Source: an uncultured Verrucomicrobiales bacterium (GTDB lineage: Bacteria; Verrucomicrobiota; Verrucomicrobiia; Verrucomicrobiales; DEV007). From it: 64,000 nucleotides of DNA. The notes below the pieces were generated by a model. That model was not told where the DNA came from. It ran no database searches and worked only from the letters and a program-made list of their open reading frames with translations. Position numbers and translations under genes: made by a program. The stretch's first letter is position 1. Each line of letters opens with the position of its first letter. The DNA lies in contig CALKOM010000014.1 in NCBI GenBank assembly GCA_938091905.1, positions 15,072-79,071 of the forward strand. Reading direction: 5' to 3'. Shown here piece by piece: positions 31,366 through 43,100 of the stretch.

Positions 31366-32757
31366 ATGAAACCTATAAACACCCCCGAGCACTTTGACTA
31401 CATCGTAATTGGCGGCGGTAGCGGCGGCTATGCAGCTGCCCGAACCGCCCGAGAAGTTCTCGAACGCGTGGCCATCGTTGATGGCAGCGAGCAACTTGGT
31501 GGCTTGTGCATCCTTCGCGGGTGCATGCCTTCTAAGACTCTGATCTATTCGGCCGAAGTACTCCACTTAGCCCAACAGGGAAACTTGTTCGGGCTCAATG
31601 TCCCTGAGGCGACACCGGACATGCAGGCTCTTCACCGGCGCAAGATCGAGGTTATTAAGGAATTCTCCAACTACAGAGAACAACAGCTGACCGGCGAGCG
31701 TTTTACGCTCTTTCGTGCAAAGGCGAAGTTCATCGATGAGCGAACCATAGAGCTGGACAATGGGACGCGACTAACGGCTGACCACTTCATGATTGCAACG
31801 GGATCAGTCGTGTCTGTGCCGCCGGTTCCAGGCCTAACAGAGGCCCCATACTGGACGAGTGATGATGTGCTCGAGTTGGATTTCAAACCTGAGCAAGTCA
31901 TTGTTCTGGGCGGAGGCATCGTGGCGTGTGAGTTGACGCAGTTTCTGCGTAGAATCGGCAGCGAGGTCACTCAAATCCAACGCTCCGAGCACATCCTCAA
32001 GGAGGAATCACCTGAGGCTTCCAGCGTTGTCGAACAGCAGTTTCGCAAAGAAGGCATCGCGCTTCATACAGGAACCACACTGAAATCTGTCGACTACGAC
32101 GGAAGTATGTTCACGGCAACGTTTCTACAGGATGAAAAGGAGGTCACTGTAAAGGCCGCTCATCTACTCAATGCGCTTGGGCGACGCCCCGCAACAGATG
32201 GGCTGGGCCTTGCCGCAGCGGGAATCCACACGTTACCTAGCGGCCACATCGATTGCAACGCCATGCAGCAAACGAGCAACCCTATCATTTACGCTAGCGG
32301 CGATGTTGCAGGGCCGCATGAAATTGTACATGTGGCAATCATGCAGGGGGAAACTGCTGCGCGACATGCGACGTCTCGCCAGGCCGAACCGGTCGATTAC
32401 GGTAGTCTTTGCCGCGTCGTTTTCACAGACCCTCAAGTGGCCGCAGTGGGTGCCATTGAGAAGCAGCTCAAGGAGCGCGGCATCGAGTTTCTCTCCGCCA
32501 ACTACCCTTTTGATGATCATGGGAAATCGATCCTCATGGAGGCCAAGTCTGGCTACGTCAAGGTGTTTGCCGACCGTGAGGGAGTGGTGCTCGGGGCGGA
32601 ATGTGTGGGCAAAGATGCAGGGGAACTCATTCATTCGATGGCCGTTGCGGTTCAGCTCAAAGCCAATGTCAGCGACTTGCTGAAAGTGCATTGGTATCAT
32701 CCCACACTTTCTGAGATCTGGAGCTACCCACTGGAGGACATTCACGAGGATGTTTGA
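31366..32757 (+). CDS. Class I pyridine nucleotide-disulfide oxidoreductase (dihydrolipoyl dehydrogenase-like)
   Basis: GGGSGG, GGLCILRGCMPSK and HPTLSE motifs. Confidence 0.9.
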   Translation: MKPINTPEHFDYIVIGGGSGGYAAARTAREVLERVAIVDGSEQLGGLCILRGCMPSKTLIYSAEVLHLAQQGNLFGLNVPEATPDMQALHRRKIEVIKEFSNYREQQLTGERFTLFRAKAKFIDERTIELDNGTRLTADHFMIATGSVVSVPPVPGLTEAPYWTSDDVLELDFKPEQVIVLGGGIVACELTQFLRRIGSEVTQIQRSEHILKEESPEASSVVEQQFRKEGIALHTGTTLKSVDYDGSMFTATFLQDEKEVTVKAAHLLNALGRRPATDGLGLAAAGIHTLPSGHIDCNAMQQTSNPIIYASGDVAGPHEIVHVAIMQGETAARHATSRQAEPVDYGSLCRVVFTDPQVAAVGAIEKQLKERGIEFLSANYPFDDHGKSILMEAKSGYVKVFADREGVVLGAECVGKDAGELIHSMAVAVQLKANVSDLLKVHWYHPTLSEIWSYPLEDIHEDV

Positions 32758-32993
32758 TAACTTCGCACTACCGTTGTGGCTGGAGAATTGAAAGTAGGCC
32801 GGGAACGTTGAGGAATTTGGCGGTGAGGATGGGCGGTTACACTTTGCGATGACAGGGAAGTTTATGAGGGACTTATGGGCTCAAGATCGCAAGCGAGTCG
32901 CCGGTGGCGTTGGAGGCAGCTAAGGAGCAAAAGACAGTTGCTCGGCAGAGCACGATGAGATTTCTCAACTAGGAATGATGCTGATAGAAATCG

Positions 32994-34543
32994 TTAGTAT
33001 GAGTCCCCAACAACGTGACCGACCAAATCATCGACCAGGCCAGATCCATCCCAATCCAACGAGGCCAATGTGAATGACTGCTCTCGCCTGCCATAGGCGG
33101 GTGGCTTCCCAGGCACATAGCCGTGGGGAAGGTTCTTCATAAACTCACCCGTGACCAACGTGTCAAGGTCCTCCGAAAAGCCAGCGTGTTTCAGGCGATA
33201 GCGCTGCAATGCACACACGACGCGAAGCAAATCCCATTGTGTTTGAGACTCCGCATATTCCGGCCAAAGTTCGCGATCTGCGTCACGATCAGATTGGCCA
33301 AGAAATTGTATGGGGTTAGATCCGCCTTGGCTATCTCGCTTGAATCTGGCTCGCGTGTCCGGTCAATCAGCTGATTCTGTGAATCGTAAATAGAGAAGAT
33401 GTTCTTGTCCCAACAATCTATTTTCACCGCCATATTCTAGCCATGCCATCCACGAGGCATCACATCGGGAAGGTACGCATAGCAGCGATTTCGAAGTCCT
33501 CTAAAAACAGCTCTGAACCACTGCCCACAACTAGCTTCAGGTCCCCAATCCACCCGTCCCAGACTCCACTGGCCTTGAGTCCACGCTTCCCCATTCATGG
33601 CTGCCATTCCAAAGCTAACACCTCCAGCCAGTTCAGCGTGCATCGCATGATCGAAATGCCCAAGCAAATCAATAGGAGCCATTGCTTCTTGCAGTTTGAG
33701 CAACGAGGCATCACTCCAGTTCGAGTGCATTAGGAGCCGATGCAGTTCGGTCTGGAGCACTACTTGGCTCATACTCGCCCTGACTAAAGCTCCAACCAAC
33801 GATCCGCTTTCAAAGCGTGCAATCTCACCAAATTTGATCACTCTCACTATGTCACGAGCTGCACTGTTAGGGTCCCCATCGTTTAGAAAGGCTTCGGCTC
33901 GGGTGAAGAGTAGGACGGCCAGCTTCTTCGACGTCTCCGTTATGTTGCTGATCTGCGGCACGGGTGCCATGTCCATACTGCTGTAGTCGAGCCGCATCCA
34001 TTGGCACTCGTCAAATTGCAGCGCGTCATGCAGTTCCTCTATTTGCGGCTCAAGATGAAACGTTGCCTGAAGAACACGCTGCGCGGCTCGGTTTGGATCC
34101 CCTTCTGGGTCCAAGCGGTCCGCCCAATCTCTCAGCTCACCGATTCTACCTATCAACAATTCCTGCGGTAATCCCCTGAAGAACGGCTTCACAGCCAACC
34201 CAATGTCGACAAAGTAACTGCTTCCTCCTGGCGTAACAGTGATGGCATCGAAGGGCGGTTAGGCCGCTTGGTTTCTTTCAGGCGGCACCGCTGGCTTCTG
34301 ATGGAAGTCCCGCCAGTCCCAAGACGTCATTTCTTCAGCTAGGCGTGCCTTTGCCAAATTGAGCGCCCGAGTTCCACGATAATTCTCAATCTTCCAAGCA
34401 GTGATGCCCAGTGCTGTCAGGATGCAGATGCCCCCAATGAGCCCACCAACAGCAGAGGTGCTCGAAAGCCATGCCAAGGCAGGATTCAAAAATCCTCCTT
34501 CAAAGTGCATGCTGCACTTTGAATATAATCTCCATATTCTCAA
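32994..34543 (-). pseudogene. Fragmented Verrucomicrobia-type membrane-anchored hypothetical protein
   Basis: Same-frame segments 34259..34543, 33437..34198 and 33191..33433 are separated by TAA/TAG. A frameshift then leads to the family-like C-terminus CALQRYRLKH...LDTLV...FTLASLDWDG...DD. Confidence 0.7.
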
Positions 34544-34576
34544 TCAACGTTCCTGCTGCCAGTGAAATAATTTCGG

Positions 34577-34603
34577 TGATGCCTGATGATGCCTGATGAT
34601 GCC
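34577..34603. repeat. 10-bp tandem repeat TGATGCCTGA x2.7, intergenic
   Basis: Direct reading of the sequence. Confidence 0.8.
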
Positions 34604-34662
34604 ATTCGAAATGAGTTCTCGAAAGGCGGCGTGAGATCAGATCAGTTGATACTGCGCCATAT

Positions 34663-35661
34663 TCACACGATCGACCGCAATCGTATCCACCGTGTCGCGC
34701 CTACCTCATGCAGGTGACCATACAGATCTTCGTGCACGAGAAGCGGCTCTTCATGCGCCCGGTCCACACCGATTGGATAGACAAGCACTCCTAACTGATC
34801 GCCAAGAAACTGGGTCGCATGCACCTGGACTTCTAGCGTTCCAGGTGCCTCATTTTCGAGGAGCTCCAATTCACGCGGGCGTATCCACGGACGCCCTTTC
34901 CCTACAGCCACTCCAGACCAGGCTTCTGGCAACGCATTGGCAGGTCCAAAGAGCCTGGCGCAATAGGCATCGTTCGGCGTATGATAGACGTCACGACTAG
35001 GTCCATGTTGGACGAGCTGGCCGTCGCGCAAGATAGCCAAACGATCAGAAATCACTAGCGCATCCTGGGTGTCATGCGTCACGACGAGAGCGGTGGCATT
35101 CACTTTGCGAATGATCGCTAGCAACTGATCCCGCAAGTAGGTCCGTAAATTCGGATCCAGATTGGAGAACGGCTCATCGAGTAATACCATCTTCGGATTT
35201 GGCGCCAATGCCCGCGCCAACGCGATGCGTTGCCGTTCCCCACCAGAAAGCTCATGCGGATACCTCAACGCAGCCGCTCGCAAGTTTACCATAGCTAACA
35301 AATAATGTAAGCGCGCCATCCGCTCCTCTTTCGAAAGCCCTCGGAGGCCATAAGCAACATTTGCCTCCACCGTCATGTGAGGAAAGAGCGCGCCCTCTTG
35401 AAAAACAAGTCCCACTCCACGCTTCTCCGGTGGCACCCAGGCGCCCCCGCCGGCAACTTTGAGACCACCAATGCGAAGTTCGCCCGTGGTGGGAGATTCC
35501 AAACCTGCCACCAGCCGCAATAACGTCGTCTTACCACTACCACTAGCCCCAACAACACCGAGAATCTCACCTTCTTCGATCTCCAGATCTAAGGCATGCA
35601 AGGCGTCCTGCACCGCGCCGTCATAGCGCTTACTCACGCCCTTCAATTCAAGGCACGTCAT
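34663..35661 (-). CDS. fbpC: Fe3+ ABC transporter ATP-binding protein (FbpC-like)
   Basis: GASGSGKTT, LSGGERQR and LLDEPF motifs; operon context. Confidence 0.85.
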   Translation of the reverse strand: MTCLELKGVSKRYDGAVQDALHALDLEIEEGEILGVVGASGSGKTTLLRLVAGLESPTTGELRIGGLKVAGGGAWVPPEKRGVGLVFQEGALFPHMTVEANVAYGLRGLSKEERMARLHYLLAMVNLRAAALRYPHELSGGERQRIALARALAPNPKMVLLDEPFSNLDPNLRTYLRDQLLAIIRKVNATALVVTHDTQDALVISDRLAILRDGQLVQHGPSRDVYHTPNDAYCARLFGPANALPEAWSGVAVGKGRPWIRPRELELLENEAPGTLEVQVHATQFLGDQLGVLVYPIGVDRAHEEPLLVHEDLYGHLHEVGATRWIRLRSIV

Positions 35662-37271
35662 GCTTGCTCTCCTCCTCCGCGAAGCGATCGATTCAATGGT
35701 ATCAACACCACAATCCCCACCATCACGATGGCCAGTGACGGCAAGGCCCCCTCGTGAATCCGCCCTTCCTTGGCCAAGCCAAACGCCTTCGTAGCCAAGG
35801 TTTCGAAATTTGCCGGACGTAAGATCATCGTGAGCGGAAGCTCCTTCAAGACATCAACAAAGACAAGCATTCCCGCCGCCAGCATTGGACGTCGCATCAA
35901 CGGCAAGATGACTCTCCCAAACGTGCGCCCACGCCGGTCTCCCAGCAATTGTGACGCTTCATCCAAACGCCCGCACAGCCGGTCCATACCCGCACTGATC
36001 GGCTGATATGCCACCGCAAGAAACCGCGTGAGATAGCCGAAAAGCACCGCTAAAAGCGTACCGCTCAAGAGGACGTTGGAATCCAACCATTGGTCAAAGT
36101 TACCAAACACCATCATCACACCCACCGCAACAACCGCGCCCGGCATAGCATAGCCAAGCGTCGCAGCTCGCAACAGGCCTTTCCATGATCGCGACTGGCA
36201 TCCACGCGCCGTGAACGCTAACAGAAAGCCTACACTCACGATCATCAGCGACGCTGAAGCTGCCAGAGCCAGGCTCCGTCCCAACATCGGCAGAAAGTGA
36301 CTCGGAACGGAGTCCCGTAAATTGAGCAGGCTCCATTGCCCCAGCTTCCAAGCCGGGTAAAGGAAGCCTGCTGTTAACGGAAGTCCACAGCAGATCACAG
36401 CGAATATCCCACCAATCCGTCCCAAGCGACAACGTTCGATCGGACGTTCCTCCGTTCGCGCATCGGCAAAGCTTCGCTTTCCCCGTTGGGCGTATTCCAA
36501 ACCAATCAGAACAAGGACGATCAAAGTGACTAAACCCGCCAAGCGGATCGCCGACACGCGATCTTCCAAACCGAACCAGGTCCGAAAGACCCCGTCAGCT
36601 AAGGTCGGCACACCTAACAAATTCACAGCACCATAGTCGTTGAGTACCTCCATCACGACCAAACTCAGGCCCGCAATGATGGCCGGACGCGACAGCGGCA
36701 AGGCAATCCTAAAGAATGTTGCCCTTCCTGATTGCCCCAACATCTGCGAGGCTTCAATCAGCGCGCGATTGTGATGGGCAAAGGATGTTCGGGCAGAAAG
36801 GTAAATGTAGGGAAAGAGCACACTGGCCAACACTACTGACAATAACCCATAGCGAAGCAACGTTTGCGCCAGCATGAACGCATCCACGCCGAACTGCTCT
36901 CGAACCCACACCAACGTCGGAATCAACATTTCAGGGATCTGCAGATATGCCAGAGCCGCAACGTAAGTCGGAAAAGCCAGCGGCAAAACCAAGGCCCATT
37001 CAAAAACCCGCCGCCCAGGAAACTCATGCGTCACCACAAGCCACGCTGCCGGTAACGCCATGAGCAGCGCAAGCAAACTTACCACAATCGCCAAGATCGC
37101 GGTGTTCTTCAAGTAATCGCCCAACAACGTGGACGCCACATGCCCCCACTCAGGACCCGTTTGTCCGAGACCAAAGAGGACCGCCACCAAGGGGGCGACC
37201 ACGACGAGACAAAGAAGCCCGGCGCCAATCAGCCACCGATCCCAGCGCCATTCTGCCCGGCCTACTCCCAC
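35658..37271 (-). CDS. fbpB: Fe3+ ABC transporter permease (FbpB-like)
   Basis: Duplicated permease with LPLAFPTYVAA, EVLNDYG and KELPLT motifs. Confidence 0.88.
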   Translation of the reverse strand: MGVGRAEWRWDRWLIGAGLLCLVVVAPLVAVLFGLGQTGPEWGHVASTLLGDYLKNTAILAIVVSLLALLMALPAAWLVVTHEFPGRRVFEWALVLPLAFPTYVAALAYLQIPEMLIPTLVWVREQFGVDAFMLAQTLLRYGLLSVVLASVLFPYIYLSARTSFAHHNRALIEASQMLGQSGRATFFRIALPLSRPAIIAGLSLVVMEVLNDYGAVNLLGVPTLADGVFRTWFGLEDRVSAIRLAGLVTLIVLVLIGLEYAQRGKRSFADARTEERPIERCRLGRIGGIFAVICCGLPLTAGFLYPAWKLGQWSLLNLRDSVPSHFLPMLGRSLALAASASLMIVSVGFLLAFTARGCQSRSWKGLLRAATLGYAMPGAVVAVGVMMVFGNFDQWLDSNVLLSGTLLAVLFGYLTRFLAVAYQPISAGMDRLCGRLDEASQLLGDRRGRTFGRVILPLMRRPMLAAGMLVFVDVLKELPLTMILRPANFETLATKAFGLAKEGRIHEGALPSLAIVMVGIVVLIPLNRSLRGGGEQA

Positions 37272-38272
37272 CCAGCACGGTTGAAGACCTTGACCGCCGC
37301 CTTGTTCAGCTCACCGAGCCGAGCCAACGAAAGAGAATCTGGTTTGAATGTGCCCCAGGACTTCAGCAGATCAGACCAAGCCACGTCTTTCGAAACGGGA
37401 TACTCATAAGTCGTCACGGGAAAGCTCGCCTGAGCTTCCTTTGAAGCGAGAAACTCTAGCAGCTTTACCGCATTCCCCTTATGTTTCGCCGCCTTGACGA
37501 CTCCAGCACCGCTGACATTGATGTGCGTCCCGCGATCGCTTTGGTTAGGAAAGAACACCCCAATCTTCGAAGCCACGTCCCGATCCTTAGCATCGGCAGA
37601 ATTCTGTAAGAGCCCAACATAGTAGGTATTTACAATCGCGACATCTGCCAAACCAGCCGCCACGGCACGCATCTGATCACGGTCACTCCCTTGTGGCGCC
37701 CTCGCCATGTTCTTCCTTACCGCACTCGCCCACTGCGAAGCCTTTGCTTCCCCATGAGCTGCAATGAGCGAAGCTAACAGCGATTGATTGTAAATGTTAG
37801 AAGATGATCGTGCCAGGACCCGCCCTCGCCACTCCTTACCAGCCAGCGCCTCATAGGTTGAAAGCTCCGACGGCTTCACCCGATCCTTGGCATACACAAT
37901 CACCCGCGCTCGACTCGTAAACCCAAACCAATACCCTTCGGGATCCCGCAGCGCCTCAGGGATGCTCGCACGCAAATTCTCTGAGGTCACCGGCTGAAGC
38001 AAATCCATCGACTTGGCCCGATGCAAACGCCCTGCATCCGCCGTCATCAAAAGATCCGCAGGCGTGCGATCGCCTTCTTGCTTCAACCGCTCCATCAACT
38101 GATCCGCCCCCGACTTCACCACGTTCACCTGTATCCCAGTCTTCTTCGTAAACTCGGCAAAAAGCGCAACATCCGCCTCGTAATGCCGATGCGTGTACAA
38201 CATCACCTCCTCAGCCGCAGCCAATGCCGAACTCACGAAGGAAATAACCAGAATCAGAAGAATCACTTTCAT
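37262..38272 (-). CDS. fbpA: Fe3+ ABC transporter substrate-binding protein (FutA/FbpA-like)
   Basis: YTHRHY, NIYNQSL and VNTYY tyrosine-ligand motifs; signal peptide. Confidence 0.9.
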   Translation of the reverse strand: MKVILLILVISFVSSALAAAEEVMLYTHRHYEADVALFAEFTKKTGIQVNVVKSGADQLMERLKQEGDRTPADLLMTADAGRLHRAKSMDLLQPVTSENLRASIPEALRDPEGYWFGFTSRARVIVYAKDRVKPSELSTYEALAGKEWRGRVLARSSSNIYNQSLLASLIAAHGEAKASQWASAVRKNMARAPQGSDRDQMRAVAAGLADVAIVNTYYVGLLQNSADAKDRDVASKIGVFFPNQSDRGTHINVSGAGVVKAAKHKGNAVKLLEFLASKEAQASFPVTTYEYPVSKDVAWSDLLKSWGTFKPDSLSLARLGELNKAAVKVFNRAGWE

Positions 38273-38289
38273 TCCGCCATCTAATGCAA

Positions 38290-38306
38290 TTGAGACTCAA
38301 TCTCAA
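38290..38306. promoter_or_regulatory. Fur-box-like palindrome upstream of the iron ABC operon
   Basis: TTGAGA-CTCAA-TCTCAA (6-5-6 inverted repeat), 17 bp upstream of the fbpA start. Confidence 0.7.
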
Positions 38307-38401
38307 CAAGGAAATTGACGAATTCCTAATAAAGGAACTTCAAATATCATTTATACGCTAATTTTTTCTTTTTACGATCTAAAATCCACCAATGTTACCG
38401 T

Positions 38402-38740
38402 ATGAGGCTCCCAACTCGAATCATGGTTGTTGCTGGATTGGTAGGTCTGGCCGCCGCTATTGCTGCCATCCAAATTCAACCTTCATCATCTGAGGCTACT
38501 GTGGCGGATGCCAGTGAGAGTAGGATTGATTCGAAGAAGGCTCGAGATGTGAACGCGACCGAACGCTGATACACGATCGATTTGAACTTGGAACCAGAGA
38601 TTATCGAATTCGAAGGACTCGTCAATCACGGCTCGCCTATTACACAGACAGTCACTGATGCCGAAGGCCAGCCGCACAAAGTCCATTTCAAGGACTGAAG
38701 AATCGATATACCGGAGTGCTCCACCCGTCGCTCTCAGTTA
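38402..38740 (+). pseudogene. Small membrane-anchored protein carrying an Amuc_1098-secretin-like segment, two in-frame TGA stops
   Basis: MRLPTRIMVVAGLVGLAAAIAAI...ER*YTIDLNLEPEIIEFEGLVNHGSPITQ...KD*RIDIPECSTRR, compared with VDLALSPEFVEFIGFVNYGSPIT...NQILLPVFSSIR in the secretin. The 3' end is approximate. Confidence 0.65.
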
Positions 38741-38924
38741 GAGAAGCACTCGCAAGCCCGAACTCACACTCCTCAAACAGGACGTCGTCATCACACATGT
38801 TTTGTTTCTAGATTTTCTAGCCTCCACTTCGTAACGACAGCATTTCTGCCGGTGCCGGAAGCGGCACCAAGCACGCCAAGAATGAAGGCGATACCTGGTC
38901 CGCAGGAAAAGAGGACGATTAGAG

Positions 38925-39179
38925 TCAGAGTTCTGACTCCTCCTCCAGCTGACGTTTCCGATCTCGTGAAAGTATGATGCAACACTCTCCCAGAACAGCA
39001 TCGCCCAGCGCGTAGAGACGCATGCGATGTATTTTGACCATACCCTTCGAAACGAGTTCTCGATAGGCGATGGGGGCACCGCTCTGTCTCAGATCCTCTG
39101 CCGTATGCACTCCGACTGCTGCAAGCCAATCCTGACAACGAGGACCAGGGGTGGGAAGGCTGCTGACACGGTTACTCAT
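38925..39179 (-). CDS. TfoX/Sxy C-terminal domain protein
   Basis: SLPTPGP...WLAAVGVHTAEDLRQSGA...AY...LYALGDA. Confidence 0.75.
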   Translation of the reverse strand: MSNRVSSLPTPGPRCQDWLAAVGVHTAEDLRQSGAPIAYRELVSKGMVKIHRMRLYALGDAVLGECCIILSRDRKRQLEEESEL

Positions 39180-39244
39180 GGGAAACGGAAAAAAGGTCGC
39201 GAAACACCGTTGCCAGTGCCCAAGCAATTCTCAATGCTGGCAAT

Positions 39245-40132
39245 ATGGGTAATCGCTTTCTTTCTCTTCTCACCACGACTACGCTATCATTAGCACACAC
39301 CCAAGCAATCGAAGTCATCCCGGTATGGCCAGACCTAGCTCCCGGCGAATCCGATAAGCATACTGGGACCGCCCAACCGCCAAAAGTAGCCGATCCGACT
39401 ATTACCCGTGTCGAAGCCATCACCTTCCCGACCTTGCAAGTCATGCGCCCAAAAAGGACGGCAAATGGAACTGCCATCGTCATCTTGCCTGGAGGTGGCT
39501 TTCGCTATGTGGTCCCGAATCTGGAAGGCTCAGAGGCAGGGGAAATTTTTAATACGTTAGGGATCACCGCTTTCGTATTGAACTACCGGACGACTAATAC
39601 GGGTCCTTCTGGTGCTTGGCTTCGTCCTTTGCAAGATTCCCAAAGAGCGATCCGCTTGGTTCGTGCTCGCGCTGCTGAATGGGACCTCGATCCGAAGAAG
39701 ATTGGCCTGCTGGCATTCTCGGCCGGTGGCCAGGTTGGAGCCATTCATATTGGCAACCAAGGCGATGCTTACAATCCGATCGACTCAACCGACGAACAAA
39801 GTGCTCGTCCTGACTTCGCCATGCTCATCTATCCTTGGCGATTGGCAGACGCCAAAACTGGCGACCTCATGCCGGCAATTCAGTTGTCTCAAAATTCCCC
39901 TCCAACGTTCATCGTGCACACCCATGACGATCAGTCGTCATCTCTGGGAGCCGCCGGAGTCTACATTGCCTTAAAAAAGCACAACGTGCCTGCGGAAATC
40001 CATATCTACGAGACCGGTGGTCACGGCTATGGCACGCGAGACCGACCCAAGTCTAACATCGGCACGTGGTCAGATCGCGCATTAGACTGGTTGGTCAATC
40101 GTCAGCTAGGCGACCGAACAGAGTACAAGTAA
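39245..40132 (+). CDS. Secreted alpha/beta hydrolase (carbohydrate esterase-like)
   Basis: PGGGF, AFSAGG, RPDFAMLIYP and GGHGYG motifs. Confidence 0.88.
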   Translation: MGNRFLSLLTTTTLSLAHTQAIEVIPVWPDLAPGESDKHTGTAQPPKVADPTITRVEAITFPTLQVMRPKRTANGTAIVILPGGGFRYVVPNLEGSEAGEIFNTLGITAFVLNYRTTNTGPSGAWLRPLQDSQRAIRLVRARAAEWDLDPKKIGLLAFSAGGQVGAIHIGNQGDAYNPIDSTDEQSARPDFAMLIYPWRLADAKTGDLMPAIQLSQNSPPTFIVHTHDDQSSSLGAAGVYIALKKHNVPAEIHIYETGGHGYGTRDRPKSNIGTWSDRALDWLVNRQLGDRTEYK

Positions 40133-40135
40133 ATG

Positions 40136-43100
40136 CTAAATGTCGGAAGCTGCCTCTTCACTGGAAACTACTCGTCCCAGGTAACGACTGGCGGCAAAGC
40201 GAAGCTGCGCCGGATTGAGCCGCATGAGGCAGGCCTGTTTCTTTCCAAGAGAAGAGACCTGCTCATCTGTGAGCTGAACGATCTGCTCAAACTGGCAGAT
40301 TCCCATATCTTTCAACAGAGCCGATCCCACACCACTCACTCCAGGCAATAGACTCAGCGGGTCTCCTCGCTGCTGCTCCCTATCAGCGACAGCACCCGAG
40401 TCAGATTTCGATGTTAAATCATGCGCTTCTGGAGGATCCCATGACCGCCACCGCCAGTGACTTCCTACCGCGACTCGGGCACCAGAATGCCAGCGATGCA
40501 ACGTTTCACGAAAGCCTTGGAAGCGCCCGTCACGGACGCGCAACGCCGCACACTGACGACTACGCAAGAAGGAAAGCTGTCGGAATGTCCAAATCCCATA
40601 GTCGTTCAAGAGACGTTCCATGTTCTCGTCAATCCCATCGATTTCCGAGAGTGAGTCTACTTCGCGTGGCTTGAATTGATACAGTGTGCCTAGCTCAGCA
40701 TCTTGATAGACTTGATTTTCATCAGCAAATTCCAACGGCACGCCTTGACGTAACCGGGCAAGCGACGTCGCCGCCTCTACGCTATGGATGCTTAAAAGGG
40801 CACGCCAGAGATTCCACCCCATGTTCTTGAACTCAGGCGCTTCGGCACGCAGCGCATCGATCTGCGAATCCGTTAAGTTTTCAATCTGCTTGAAACGGTA
40901 GAATCCCAATTCATGGAGTTGCTTCTCACTTTGCGCTGTGACGCCATTCATAAGCGCAAGTTGGTCCGGTTCCTCGAGAGCCTCGGGGTAAACCACACCA
41001 AAGCACGGTGACAACTGTACCACTTCACCCGCAAAGGCTGGTGGTATTGACATCGCGAAGCCTTCCTCAGAGAATCGACGTCGCCATTCTGCCCAACGAA
41101 TGCCTGCTAATTCAGGGTGACGGCTCACCAACTCCTGAATTGCGGCATCATCCCAATGAGCGATCTGTACGAAACGATATATTCCCAGGCGACGAAGGAG
41201 ACTCGCCTTCATTTCGTCCACACCTTGTAAAAGCGTTAGCTGATCTACTTTCCCAGGAACACGATCATAAACCACTCCAAGATGAGGACAGTGTTGTATA
41301 GACTCACCAGCGAATGCCGTCGGTGTCATCAAGCGTTGTCCATTACGGAAATAAGCACGCCAGTGCCCCCAAGCGAACCCATCAAAGCGATCATCCATCT
41401 TACGCCAAGCCTCGAGTTGGGTGTCAGAAAGCTGGGCAATTTGCTCATAGCGATAAAGGCCCATGGCATTCATCGCCTGACCGGAAGCTGAATCGATTCC
41501 TTTCAATCGGCAGAGATTATCTGACTGCGCTGGCGCCTCGCCATAGACAAAGCCAAGCTTTAGAGAAAGTTTGAGAGTCTCTCCAGTCAGCGTCTCTGGC
41601 ATCTCGATTGCTCCGCGATGGGTTCGGAAATACGCCCGCCACGACTTCCAATCGACCGCCCTCAAACGATCGTCCAGCTCACCAAGCTGATTCACTTCGG
41701 CATCGCCAAAGCAAGCAAGTTGGCTATAACGATAGATACCTAATTGATACAAACACTCAGCGGCCTGAGTGCTAACACCTTGAAGTTGCGTGAAATCATC
41801 AGACTCACAAGGAGTACTAACATAGACAACTCCGAGTTGCGGAGAGATCTGAACAGGCTCGCCTTCGAATTCGGAGGGCACTTCAATCGTCTCATCCGAA
41901 GATCTCAAACGCTCTCTCCACGCCCTCCAATCAACCTCCCCGGCAGCAGGAGCAGCTTTCTTCCAATGTTCAATCTGATCATCGCTTAAATGCACCACTT
42001 GGCGATAGCGATAGAGCCCCTCACGATTCAACTGCTCAGCCGCACTCGCGCTAACACCATACAACAAAGACAAGTCATCGACTTCATTCGGCGCCCTTCC
42101 ATAAACAACACCAAGATTAGGTGACACTTGAACTGGCTCACCTTCAAATTCAGTAGGCACTTCGATCTTTGCTCCTGAAGAAGCGAGCTGATCACGCCAA
42201 CCCTTCCAATCAAATCCTGGCACAGACGCTGTCTGTTTCTGCCAGTTCCCAATCTGATGATCACTTAGCTGAGCAATTTGCTCATAGCGATAGAGCCCGC
42301 TACCATTCCATTTCCGAACCGCAGACGAATCCGCACCTTGCAACAAGGAAAGATCGTCCTGGTTCGCCGGCTTACGCGTGTATATTAGGCCGAGCTTTGG
42401 CGAAAGGGCCACTTCCGCACCTTCGAAGCCACCCGGCAATTCCAAGCGCCCTCCAGATTTCTTGATCTCGTGACGCCAATAGCTCCAGTCGATTTCCTGC
42501 AGCAACGGTGCTTCATTCTCCAACGCGGCAATCTCTTCATCCGACCATTCTGCAATCTGGCCAAACTGATAGATGCCCAGCCCGTGGAGTGCTGAAACTT
42601 GTTCCGCCCCCAATCCCTCAATGAGCGTAAGTCGATCAGTTTTCTTTGGGCGCGAAGCGAAGACCCATCCAAGGTAAGGAGACCATTTCACAGCCTCGCC
42701 TTTCAAGGTGGCGGGCGGCGTGAGGCTCTCAGAGCCTTGGAAACGCTTGCGCCAAGCATGCCAAGGTAGTTTCGCGAACGCGGGATCCTGCTTTTCCCAT
42801 GCACCAATCTGAGCATCGTTTAGCTGAGCGACCTGAGCATAGCGATAGATCCCGCTTCGGTTCAAACTCTTGCCAAGAGAAGGATAGACTCCGTGAAGTT
42901 GTGATAGGTCGTCTGCCTTAGTAGGGGGCTCACGGAATAGAGGCCCCAACGTGGGCGATACCTCCACCGGTTGACCTTGAAGCGCTTCCGGAATCCTAGG
43001 AATACCATCTGAGGACTTAAAATAGGTACGCCACTGTGACCACTCAGGCCCTTCAAGCTTCAGATCATGAGCCTGCAAGGCATTCAGTTCTTCATCCTTA

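Noticed and set aside
31366..32757. Mercuric reductase MerA
   Set aside because: It lacks the C-terminal Cys-Cys pair and any mer operon context, so it is kept as a generic disulfide oxidoreductase.
38567..38698. The two in-frame TGAs in the mini-secretin as selenocysteine codons
   Set aside because: There is no Cys-like redox context, no SECIS-like hairpin was seen, and the matching secretin positions are not Cys.
38925..39179. TfoX_C gene as part of the HhH-array operon or a competence locus
   Set aside because: It is separated from the array gene by an opposite-strand hydrolase, and no competence genes are nearby.
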